DNA of 64,000 nucleotides from NCBI GenBank assembly GCA_047495785.1, contig JBLDXI010000007.1, positions 1,612,001 through 1,676,000 on the forward strand, written 5' to 3'. Under the pieces are notes generated by a model. That model was not told where the DNA came from, ran no database searches, and was given only the letters and a program-made list of their open reading frames with translations. Below are positions 45,197-57,000 of this stretch, in pieces. Positions within the stretch are counted from its first letter, which is position 1. The number at the start of each line of letters is the position of its first letter. This stretch comes from Lepidodermella squamata. Its lineage: Eukaryota > Animalia > Gastrotricha. Both the position numbers and the translations under genes were made by a program.

Positions 45197-45482
45197 AGAC
45201 ATCGAGGGGATAATTGAATTTTTCTACCCAGACTAAGCAATGATTTTTAACAATAATTATACTAATACATCATGCAAATTGACGAGAGAATCTTTCTTCG
45301 AATTTCCGTGAATAAAATGTTTAATTTGGACGAATATGAAATCCTTCGATGGAACTCGCTCATGAGAACAGAAAAATTCGGCGCCAGGCAAAATATTGAA
45401 AAGTACCAAACCATTTACGATCCGGAACCATCCGGTCTGCCATTTTCCGATGGGGCAGACCGTAAAAACAGAAAATAGCCAA

Positions 45483-45630
45483 AACAGCAAATGCGACAAA
45501 ACAGCAAATTTTTTAACTTGCATTTTAACACAATGCATTTTTTCCATTGTACTTTTTTGCTGTTTTGTTGCAAAATAAAAATATTTTGTTTCGTCGCATT
45601 TGCTGTTCTGCGAAGTTGCTGTTTTGTCGC
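45483..45630. repeat. Inverted-repeat (fold-back) tract
   Basis: AACAGCAAATGCGACAAAACA (~45483-45503) pairs with TGTTTCGTCGCATTTGCTGTT (~45587-45607); further TTGCTGTTTTGT copies nearby. Confidence 0.6.
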
Positions 45631-46188
45631 CGTACCCGGAACAATTGTCCGTAAATATTTTGATTTGAAAAGGTGTTCACCCAAGGTATTTTGACCATTT
45701 TGTTGAGAGCTCGGGATACGGAATCTTTGCATCCCATTACTTCAAGAAAGGAATAGTAATATTCTATTTCATTATTCTATTATTCATTATTCTATTTCGA
45801 TTAATTTTCCATTAATTTTAATCTTTATTTTACGTAAATAAAATCAAGTAATTTCAAGGTACAGTTTTCGGCTAAATCCTTATAACAGGAGTAATGGACG
45901 AATTTTCCTCAAAGATTTGAGCCACAAATGGCGTCAGAACATAACTTGGCGTAACTTGGCTAATAAACAGAAAAATTTCGCGTTTGACTCCACTTGGCGC
46001 GTAATACCAGAATCGGAATCCGAACAAATAACAAAGTGGTAACATGCTATAGAAGGCAAATATTGAGAGCTTTGTTTTCATTGTGCTCCTAGCTTCATCC
46101 TTTTTCAAGACACCCTAAACTTTCAAGATGAATTTTCAAGAAAAAAATCCTTTTATTGAACTCTTTTTTTCTAGATCGGAATTAATTT

Positions 46189-47667
46189 ATGGCTGTGAAC
46201 CCTATTCATCAGCTGTTTATTTGCCGTGGAAAATGCCAACTCTCCTCGCGCGGCTACGATCAGCAGCTATTCCGACTGGCTCGAAGAATTATTGACAAAA
46301 CTAACGGCCAACTTGCAAGTATGACAAAAATGGAACCCGAATCTGAACCGAACACAATCGATCTCGAGCCTCTGAAGCTACAACTACCTCTATTCGACCA
46401 CGAGCTCCATCTTGATATGCCTAAACACGATCGCCTGGTCATCAAAATGCCTCTCGATCGACATAACCAACGCGTCTATCCGATAATTATTGAAATTATT
46501 GCGAAATTTCTGGAAAAGTCCAGAAAAACTTATTTCAGTCCTCAAACCGAAATTTTACTCTGCTGCTACGTCATGGAGCAAGATTCGACAAATTTGGAAA
46601 AAATCTTGGCTGAAATGTCCGATATTCCAAGTTGCATAAAAACTTCGTTGGTTCGATTGTCAATTCAACAGCAATTTTTCGCCGGACTTGAAGTTCTGCT
46701 GAAAAATGGCGCATCGCCCCATTCCAGCCTAAGAATCACCGAAAAAGCTGGTTTAGTTGGTTATGTGATCGACTGCTTCGAAGATCGATTTCCATCAAGG
46801 CCTGACGGGCCGTTCTTGAGCCAAGTTCTCAAATTCCTGATCAAGAACGGCGCGAAAAAACCTGATAGCTCCATCTTCGAGAATCGGACTAAATCAAATT
46901 CTGACCAGCCGAAAATTGTTGACAGAATTCTTGAAAATCGCCAAAAAAAATGCCGATTTTTCTATAAAATTAACGAAAAATCGCCTCGAGATCATGCAGT
47001 TCGGAATACGATCATGCTAGCGATGATGTTCGACGCCGAGGGGGCTGAATTATTTCTATCAGCAACTCCAAAATCGGAATTGAACACGGCTCTCAGGGCT
47101 TGTTTCGACCCATTGCTTATGTACATGTTGGACACTCAAATATTCAACAGCGTAATGGCGTTCGCAATTCTACCGCTACTTAGAGCCGGTGCTGTGCTAC
47201 CCGGCGATTTAACTGGAATTTCGCCGATTTTATCGAAAAATCCGTTTCTTCAATGCTTCGAACGGGCTAAAAATGACTTCTCAATCGCGAAAAGGCCGCA
47301 TTTTATCATCTCATTTTTGTTGGAAATTTGCTCGTCGAATTCGTTTGACCGTAACAAGTTATTGGACACCCTGAACCGTGAAGTAACTTCCAGCTCGCAG
47401 ACCAACCGCCGCCGGCCTGAAATCGCGAATTCGATTGTACTCGAGACTAAATTGACTGCCGTCAAAAACCTGGTCGAATTTCTTCATTTCTGTTTCCCGC
47501 GGCGATTGCAGGCTTTGGCTCGTTCAAAAGTGCTGGAAAATCTGCCAATCGGGGTTCCGGACCGGAAAAATGCCGTGAAAAGTCTGGACCTGCCGAGATG
47601 CCTTGAAGATTACTTGTTGCTGAACGATTTGGAGGAAATTATTAAATTTTCCATGATAAGGCGATAG
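46189..47667 (+). CDS. SOCS-box protein with degenerate ankyrin-like segments (ASB-like E3 adaptor), intronless
   Basis: C-terminal PRRLQALARSKV..VKSLDLPRCLEDYL is a SOCS box; LLKNGASP, LIKNGA and LLRAGA resemble ankyrin ends. The start could be a later Met. Confidence 0.75.
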   Translation: MAVNPIHQLFICRGKCQLSSRGYDQQLFRLARRIIDKTNGQLASMTKMEPESEPNTIDLEPLKLQLPLFDHELHLDMPKHDRLVIKMPLDRHNQRVYPIIIEIIAKFLEKSRKTYFSPQTEILLCCYVMEQDSTNLEKILAEMSDIPSCIKTSLVRLSIQQQFFAGLEVLLKNGASPHSSLRITEKAGLVGYVIDCFEDRFPSRPDGPFLSQVLKFLIKNGAKKPDSSIFENRTKSNSDQPKIVDRILENRQKKCRFFYKINEKSPRDHAVRNTIMLAMMFDAEGAELFLSATPKSELNTALRACFDPLLMYMLDTQIFNSVMAFAILPLLRAGAVLPGDLTGISPILSKNPFLQCFERAKNDFSIAKRPHFIISFLLEICSSNSFDRNKLLDTLNREVTSSSQTNRRRPEIANSIVLETKLTAVKNLVEFLHFCFPRRLQALARSKVLENLPIGVPDRKNAVKSLDLPRCLEDYLLLNDLEEIIKFSMIRR

Positions 47668-47997
47668 CTCATTGATTTCAAATCCTTTGTTGCTTGTTTC
47701 GATAAATGTATCTGCTCGCACCTTAATTTTTGCTAACCAAATCCAATTTTTTGTTGTGTTTTAAATAAAATAATAATTAATGTCAGCCCTGGTGCTATCG
47801 ATGTCTGAATGTCTGATTGGCTGATGTCTGACAAAGTCTGAGGTAAATTTGGTCGATTTTTATGGTGTATCACCTATTCTACATATATCGGAACAGAGTC
47901 TATCACCAATCTTGTCCATCAAGCTTGAAGCCGAGGGAAAGTGACAAGTAAATCGCATTGTTAGACCGACTCACTTTTTATTTGAGCCAATTAAATA

Positions 47998-50680
47998 ATG
48001 TTCGCTTTATTTCTCGCAATCATCACATCATCACCTGCAAATTGCCAGGATTATGTTGCCCAGTTGCAAGCAAATTTCGCAAATTTACCGAAACCCGTGG
48101 CTTACTGGCCGATGAACAGCTTGTTTGGTTTACGAGACATTTCTGACAACAAGATGGATATCACTTTCAAAACAACGGCCCCCGTTTTAGTAACTGGACC
48201 GTTCGGCACGCCAAATAGTAGCTATGAGACAAATAAAGCTGACAATACGAGTTGGTTCGAAACGAAATCACCAAAAATTGCTGCGTTGACGTCGTTCACA
48301 GTGGCGGGTCACGTGATCATCAAGTCGAGAGTGCAAATTTTCGAATTTTTCAATGGGACGACTTTTATGTCATTCCTGTGGCGATTTAAATCTGACGATG
48401 CGGCTAATATGTACCCGAATTTTTTGGGCGCCCAAGTTGGCGATGTGCCAGTGCTGCAAGTCGCTTGCGATTTTTCGACCTGGCGCTTCGTGGCATTTAC
48501 TTACAATGCGGCGAATAAAACGGTTACAACGCTATGCGATAACGTTGTTAGCCCGCCTCTGGTGAAGACTGACACACCTCTGCCAGCTGATACATTGCTA
48601 ATGGGCAGAAGGTATACGATTAACATACGGGAAAATCTATAATTAAAAAAATGTCCCAATATAAAAAAATGTTCTTTTCTTCAAAAATTAAACGAAACTA
48701 AAGAAACTGCAGGTTAAAAAGAAATCCGGTTTAGCCTCGATAATTGCCAAGCTATTCAAATCGGGTTTTTATCGGGTTTTCTTTTCATTCTTCATTCATA
48801 CTCAACCCTTTTTCACGTTTTGTAGAGAAGAGTAAGATTACCCAAATATGCTTAAAAATTGTCGAGTTTTTCAAACACTTGCTGTTCCTTAACCATGAGA
48901 TTCCCCTGGCTCAATTGTTGACCATCAATAGAGCAGGAATCCTAGGAATCCCTAATTTCTGCCTAATTTCGGTCATTGCCTAACAGTAAATGTGCTTTGT
49001 CGAGCCAATCTGTTTCATGATTTTTCAAGCACGTGATCGCAAACAATGATTCTAAATGCGGGCGAGGGGGTCATGCTTCTCGAGTGCTTTGTTACCTTAA
49101 ACCATAAACACCAGAGTTTCAGGCATCACATCGTAACGAAAAGCTCCCAGGTAAAGCAGCAAAGGCGATTTCCTTACTAAGCTTGCCGAGACGAATTCAA
49201 CGGTATCAAACTTAAGGTATTAGCGTAACTGGATGAGGTGGATTCTAATAGGTGACTAGGTCTAGGTGAATAAAAAATTAGGCATAAATCAAGGTGAAAT
49301 TGCCCGAGCTAGCGGAAACCGGCATACGATAGCCAGATATAACTCCTCTGCAATTCTGTATTTGCCGAATAGTTTCTAAAAATTCACCTGACTGGCAAAG
49401 TAGGAAAAACCCGAATTTAGGGCGGGATGCTCTAGTCCGAACCCATATGAGTTGGCTAGCAAAACTGCAAGAGCCATTTCCTCACCGTTACCGAGCCATC
49501 GCTGCTCAAAGTTGAAAAAGGGAACAATTGAAAACCTTTCGACGGTGCCCTAAATTTGCATAAAAGCTTCACTTCTGAACCTAAACTGCATAGGTACTCT
49601 CTCAATTTTGGGCGATTTTAGGCTACCGCGCTTTGACCACTCTGGGCTACCGCAAGTACTGTGGATACTTTGAAAAGTATATCCCAAACGATTATCTCAC
49701 TATAATCGAACTTTGCCAACCCTCTATTTTTCCCCGACATCGGCATTTCTCGAGATTTTCATATTTTTAAGGAAATATGTTTTAATTTTCCTTAGGTTAG
49801 GAGGACCTCTGGACGCCGCATTCAACAATCTGTACGCCTGTGTCTCAATATTCAACACTGCATTGTCAGCAGGCGATCTTGCTACACTTCGATCGCAGTG
49901 CCAACTCATTAATCGTATATGCTCATTCAAATTCCACTTATAACTTTGATCATTTTCACCAATTTGCGCCAGAAATAACCTGCCCCTCAAAATGTATCGC
50001 TGGAAGTTGCGTACCCGACTTCAATGCTATGGGAGGATATCGGTGCACGTGTCAGAACGGTTGGATAGGTTGGGATTGTTCTGTTCGTAAGTTTCCATCG
50101 CTACATAGTCATTGTTTATGGATTAGGGATTCATCTTTTTCTAGCTACTTGTTCACCTCCATGTGGTCTCGGCGGCGTTTGCGTCAGCGCTAACGTTTGC
50201 CAGTGCGCTCCAGGCTGGACCGGCAATCAGTGCGATACGCGTATGAGAATTATTGAAATTCATTTTTTTATTATTACTGTATCCAATGTTCAGCTTTTTG
50301 CCCGATGGGCTGCGCCAATGGCGGTACTTGCTTGCGGCCTAATAGATGCAGCTGTGGCAACGACTGGCTGCCGCCCGATTGCTCGATGCGTATGCCTTTG
50401 TTCATGAATTACAGAAAATGACGTATGATCTTGCAATAGCTAACTGCAGCAACTGCGAAAGGCGTGGCAAATGCATCGCTCCACGAACCTGCGAGTGCAA
50501 TGCAGGGTGGACTGGATCAGACTGCTTCATCAGTGAGTTGAAGCGCGAGAATAAAGATGAAACAAAGATTATTTATTGTTTTCTCAGGGATTCAACGTGA
50601 GTAGACACGCATCCATTATTGTCATTGAATTCAACTATTTCACGTCAGGCTGTTTGCACGGCGAATGGTTGCAGTTGAAT
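47998..50680 (+). CDS. Secreted LamG/concanavalin-like + 4 EGF protein; exons 47998-48611, 49796-49914, 49973-50086, 50145-50240, 50294-50389, 50440-50532, then an uncertain 3' end
   Basis: Signal peptide; AYWPMN, SFTVAG, WRFVAFTYN, IFNTALS; one EGF per exon (CxCxxGWxGxxC); GT-AG introns in phase. Confidence 0.8.
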
Positions 50681-51095
50681 AAGCCTCATATTCGAATTAT
50701 CAAGAACTGGCTTGAATAGCTGCTTCTCGTTAAATTCGTTGACGACAGATCTCAATAAAAATCGTTTTTGATGTGTTTTACCTTTGATCTGAAAATACCC
50801 GAAAGGACACCCTAGGTCCTACTGGGATTTATCTTAAAGCTATAATATCAATCCTTAGCTGATGGCTCAAGCTAACTTAAATCAATCAGAAAAACGGCAT
50901 TAACCAGTTTCCATCCGGTCTATTCATTCATTGACACGAATGGTCAGCTCGGCCTAGAACAGTAAATAAACGGAGTCAAATACGGCCTATTGTCCAGCGT
51001 CCAGTGTCTACGCAGGAGCCAAAAGTGCTCTGCACCTACGTCATGTTACTGGACGTAATCAGGAATCGGCTGCTTAGCTGGACCTGAATATAGCT

Positions 51096-54000
51096 ATGGC
51101 TAAACGCAGGAACGTCGCGATTTTAGCATTGGCATTACTTCTGCTTGAAATCTGCTACACAGCTTTGGCTCTTTCGCGTTACAAAAACTATACAGATGCT
51201 AGCAAATTCAAACGACCAAGGACAGGTGATGGTGACTCACCCGAATGTCTGCCATATGAATATTTCTGCAAAGCTACTTCAACTTGTTTGCCCATACGAG
51301 CAGTATGTGATGGCGCATCGGATTGCCCTGATGGTCAAGATGAAACTAACTGTAGATGTAAGCTTTCCCAAAACCTCGGCACATTAATTCTATTTAGGAA
51401 TTACTTTCCAGGCTGTGATGGAGCTTGTGACTGCACTGTAGCGAAATGTGTGAAAGAAACCTGGCTGTGTGACGGCCAACTAGACTGCCCAGATGGGACA
51501 GATGAGAATCCTTTAAGCTGCCCATCAGGGACAAAGCTCAACTGTGGACGAAATCTGTACCCATGTCAAAGTATTAAAAAATGTATCGACGATGGTTGGG
51601 TCTGCGACGGAGATTTCGATTGCCCAGATGGGGCTGACGAAATGGAATGTCCGGGAGTTAATGTTACCTGCTCTTATGGAATGTTCTCTTGCAAGGATGG
51701 ATCGAGATGCATCCGCAAAAGTTGGCTTTGCGATGGAACTAGTGACTGCACTGATGGCTCAGATGAAAGCGATTGCGTTGTATCCATTAGTCCACCAAAT
51801 TGCGGCCCGACGAGGTTTCTATGCCAAAACGGCTTGAAATGCATAGATTCGAGTCGGATTTGCAACGGCCAGAACGATTGCTCAGACGGTTCGGACGAAA
51901 TGTCATGCAAAACCTGCCACAAACGGTTTCAATTCCAATGTAAAACCAATGGGCAATGCATTCCCATAAATGGACGATGTGATAGGATTATCGATTGCAA
52001 AGATGGATCGGATGAAAGCGACTGTCCGTCAAGGTGCCCCTACTTTTGCTTGAATGGTATATCAACAGGCAACGAGAATTGCTTCGGAGAGGCTCAAAGG
52101 TGCGACGGCATAATCGACTGTGTCCTTGGTAACGATGAAGCGAATTGTACAAGTAAATTGCTTCGTAATTTGTGTGAAAATGCAATTTTAATCAGCAATT
52201 TAGCTTGCAAATCTGGGGCGAGAAAATGCGCAACTTCGAATCGATGCATCCCGAGATCTCGAGTGGTATATTACTTGTCCTAAGAATGAGGTCAAATATG
52301 ATTTGTGTTTTTTATAGTGCGATGGAATAACGGATTGTGACGAAATCTCGAAAGACACAACCGATGAGCAGAACTGTCCGTGTAACTCTGAGTCCTTTCT
52401 CTGCTCAGATGGGTCATGCGTTCGGAGAAATCGGGTTTGCGATGGTCGGTGGGATTGCTCTAATGACGAACTGCAAAACTGCCCATGCCTGAGCCATCAA
52501 CTGAGCTGCGACAATGGCGAATGTGTGAAGCATTTTGACGCGAGGTTTGGATGGGACCATCTCAGCACAATTCAAGGTTTTTGCGATGGGAAGTTGGATT
52601 GTCATGATCGGAGTGACGAAACTCATTGTCAAAAGGTGAGCAGAAAATCTTCTAAATTATGCTAGATCCCAAATGTATCCCAACTTTTCAGTGCCCGAGC
52701 GATCGTCCTGTTAAATGCGGAAATTCAAGCATCTGCATCCATCGTAAGTTTCTGCCTTAATCTAAACCTTCCACAACTTTCCTTAATCTTAGAACATAAA
52801 CAATGCGATGGCTTCGTCGATTGTCCTGATGAAACGGATGAATCAGACTGTCCAAACTGTAACCGGGAACAATTCAAATGCATCGATATTAGAACTGGTT
52901 ACTTCCGATGTATCCCCTTGGACAAACATTGTGATGGCTTTGCCGACTGCCGCGATGCTGTGGACGAATACGGATGTACCGAATGTAACATATGTATATA
53001 TTAGTGAGCATATTAGTGTTTCGCGCCGCTTGGTTGCGCGCCCGCCTCGGAGTGGCGCGCACGCTATAATTGCGCCTGTTCGCTATTGGTGCGCTCTATA
53101 ATTGTACAGCGTTATGATTGGTTAGAACCGTTCTAGAAACTTCTATACCCTTGTTCTAGTATATTCGATTCCCGCCATATAACCATATATAAAGTCACTA
53201 ATTTATGGGAATAAAGAAGATTGAAGTTTGCTCACTAGTCTCGTGTTTGATTCTTACATTTTGGTGGCCACTGCCCCGAATCTCGCCTTCGTTCTTTTGT
53301 CACTAGTATGCCGCTCAAGCCGAAACCGCCCGTTTTCTCTGCCGGCTGCAACATCCGCGAGTTTGTGCAGCAATTTAATCGTTACCTGGACCTCGCGGGG
53401 GTCAACCTCTCTCAGGCGCAACGCCTTCAACACCTGTCCGTCGCGCTTCCCACGGACCTCTACCGCTTGTTGGATGTCGAGATTACTGCCGCCGCTCCGG
53501 CCGACAATTTCAACACCGTCACCGAGCGCTTTTTGCTGGCCGCCGGCGCCCCGCCACCCGATCCCGCTACCGAGCAGGCTGCCTTCGAGGCTGCGAAGCC
53601 GAAGTCCGGCGAGAACATGGCCGCGTTCGCTGGTCGCCTCGGTGTGCTGGCTTCAACCGCCTACTCGACGATGGACGCAGCCGCTCGCGCCCTGCTGGTC
53701 AAACGCCGTTTCATCGCCGCGATGGCCGCCGATCACCCGGACGTCTACAAGGCGCTCGAAGTCGCCCAGCCCGCCACTGTCGCCGATGCTGTCAAGATCG
53801 CGACCGCTCACTTCCGCGCTGACGAGCTGATCAACGCCGCCAAGTCGAGCAACGGCAAACCGCTTGCGCCTGGTGCTGTTCCGCAAGCGGCAGGTACTGT
53901 CACTCTTAATTCTACTTCTCACTCGGCGGCTAGTGCCCCGCCTGTAGCCCCGGCCCCAGCTAGTGCGCCTCCGGGGGGGTGCGAATAGCTCTGCACTGCC

Positions 54001-57000
54001 TAGCTCGAGTTTGACTAGCAATATCTCTGATCTCGTTAGTTTTGCTCGTGCCTTGCGCATTGCTGATCGCCGTGGTAGGGGCCCTAGGCCTAGCTTTCAG
54101 TCTTACCATGCGCGACGAGGCATGGCCCCCTCGTTTGCCATGCGTGGCTCAGGTAGACAATCGCGCGGCTTTCCGAATCAGCGTAGAAACAATCAGCGCT
54201 CTGCTTCTGCTTTTTCTGCGCCTGATAGTCGCAATGCGCCGTTCGAACGTCCGCATGGACAAGCGTGCTTCACTTGCCAAGGCGTAGGACATTTCGCTCG
54301 TGACTGCCCAAACGGGCAGAGGCCGGCCAGCCGTTTCTAAGCTGGTCGGCCAGGCCACAATTAGCGGCAGTTAGTACACGCCAGCGCGACTGTCGCATAG
54401 CTGTTAAAGTCGCTGGTCGTCAGGTGCTCGCTTTAGTTGACACGGGTGCAACTGTGAGTGTGCTGTCTGAGCGATTTGTGCAGTGGTTGAATGATGTGCA
54501 GTTGGACGATGTTGACGTAGAGCCTCTGTTAGGCGCAGATAAGTCGCTGCTTTCGGTCACCGCTGCTACAACAGTCGATGTAGTATTTCCGCCTGCGTTC
54601 TCGGTCGCACACCGCTTTCTTGTGAGCCCTGATATCATGACTGATGTGACCCTTGGTTATGACTTTATGACAATGCATGGTGTATGTTTGGATGCCGCAA
54701 GTAACTCGTTCATTATAGCTAATCAAAATTATCCTATCATCGGTGGGAGTGTGACGAGTTCTGTGAGGAGTGTGGTGCGCGCTGATGAGCATATTTTGGC
54801 GCCTGCACAACTAGAGGCACGCGACGCGCTGCTGCGCCAATATTCTTTTCTTTTTGACGGTAAACCAGGTTCTACGCACCTTGCCGAACATTCGATCGAC
54901 ACTGGCGACGCGCCGCCGTGCCGTGCTTACCGCCGACCTCGTTCTCCCGCCGAGCTTGCTGAAATCGACCGACAGATCGACGAAATGCTCGCCAACGGCA
55001 TCATCGAGCCGTCGACCTCGCCGTGGTCCTCAGCGATAGTTCTCACCAACAAATCTGATGGTACCAAACGCTTTGCCATCGACTACCGTCGCCTCAATGC
55101 TGTTACTCGAAAGACCGTCACGCCGTTGCCACTTCACGTCGAATTCTTCGATCGCCTCGCGGGTGCTCAGCTGTTTTCAGTGCTCGACCTAAAATCGGGA
55201 TATTGGCAAATTCCGATCAACCCTCGCGACCGCCACAAGACCGCGTTCGAAAGTCATCGAGGCCTGTTCCAGTTTCGGTACATGGCATTCGGCCTGTGCA
55301 ATGCCCCGTTTTCGTTCCAGACGCTGATGAACAACGTTCTTGGTGACCTGATCTACCGTCGCAAAGTGCTCGTCTTTCTCGATGACATCATCATTTGGTC
55401 GTCGTCAGTCGAAGAACATCTACAACTGCTGGAAGAAGTCTTCATTCGTCTCCGTGATGCTGGTCTCAAGCTGAATCTCAAGAAGTGCAAGCTGTTCGCG
55501 AAGCAAGTCAAGTACCTTGGCTTCATCGTCGACGAAAACGGAATTCGCCCTGATCCTGCGAAAGTCCGTGCAATCGAACACTTCCCGCGCCCGGCTACCG
55601 CTTCGGAGCTACGTCGCTTTTTCGGCATGGCAAGTTATCTACGTCGACACGTTCGCAATTTCGCCCAGCTGGCCGCGCCGTTCTGCGATTTGCTCAACGC
55701 CAAGGACGACGAGTTCTTCTGGACCAAGGCTCAGGAAGACGCGTTTCAAGGACTGAAGGCTGCAATCATCGAAGCTGTCGCGCTCGCTCACCCTCGGTTC
55801 GATCTACCGTTTCGAATCTCTGCCGATGCGTCAGACACTGCTGTTGGTGCCGTGCTCGCTCAGGTTCAAGATGGCATCGAGACGCCGATCGCCTTCGCAA
55901 GCCGCAAGCTCAATCAAGCCGAACAGCGTTACCCGACCACGGAGAAAGAAGCACTCGCTCTTGTTTTCGCAACGCAGCAGTTTCGTCACTACATCCACGG
56001 CGCTCCTGTCGTTTTGCTGTCAGATCACAAGCCGCTCAAGGGTCTGCGCACGTCGCCGAAATTGTCGCCGCGCATGCAACGCTGGGTAATCTGGCTGGAG
56101 CAGTTCAACTTCGACATCGAGTACGTGCCTGGTTCGCAGCAAATCGTCGCCGACGCTCTCTCTCGTGCTCCTGTCGACAGCGCCGATGACCGTTTCGACG
56201 ATCTCGCGTTTCCGCCGCTCGTTCGCCAAATCGACATCACCCGCGATTGCCAGCTGGAGGACGCTTATGTTCGACAACTTCAGCTCAACGACCCGGTGCT
56301 CGGACCCGTTCTACAACAGCTCGACGCCGACCGCCGTCGCCGCCCGACCGCTGACAACGAACAAGGCCGCCGCTTCGCCGCGAAGTTTCGTCAGATCCGC
56401 CAAATAAGTGGACTCTTCTACCTGTGCGTCAATGGTCGCAATTTGCTGATTGTTCCCGAGGCATTACGTTCTGAAGTCTTGTACTACTGCCACACGTGCA
56501 CAATGGCCGCTCACCCTGGTATCGCTGGAACGATGGATCGCTTGCGTACGTCTTACTACTGGCCTACGATGGGCAACGATGTTCGACGATTCGTGCTCGC
56601 CTGTTCGTCGTGTGGTCAAGCCAAGCCGTTCAATCAACGCCGCTCAGCGCCGCTTCAGTCGATCGAAGCCTCGTTTCCGCTCGAGTACGTCTCGATGGAC
56701 GTCGTCTCGTTGCCGTGGACGCCTCGTGGGCACATGGGCTGCCTCGTCATCACCGATCTCTTCACCAAGTGGGCCGAAGTTTACCCGCTGCTCAATCACA
56801 CCGCGGAGGAAATCGCACCAAAGGTTGTCGATTTTATTGCTCGTTACGGTATTCCGTCTTTTTTGCTTTCAGATCAAGGAGCTGAGTTCGAATCCGCGTT
56901 GCTCGAGAAGTTGTACAATCATCTTGGCCTTAGGAAGATCCGCACGGCAGGTCATCATCCGAAAACTGACGGTCAGGCCGAACGCTGCAACCGCTGTCTC

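Noticed and set aside
44684-45236. Alternative-frame and antisense repetitive ORFs over the prepropeptide
   Set aside because: They arise from the 30-bp repeat; only the KR frame splices in phase to the signal-peptide exon.
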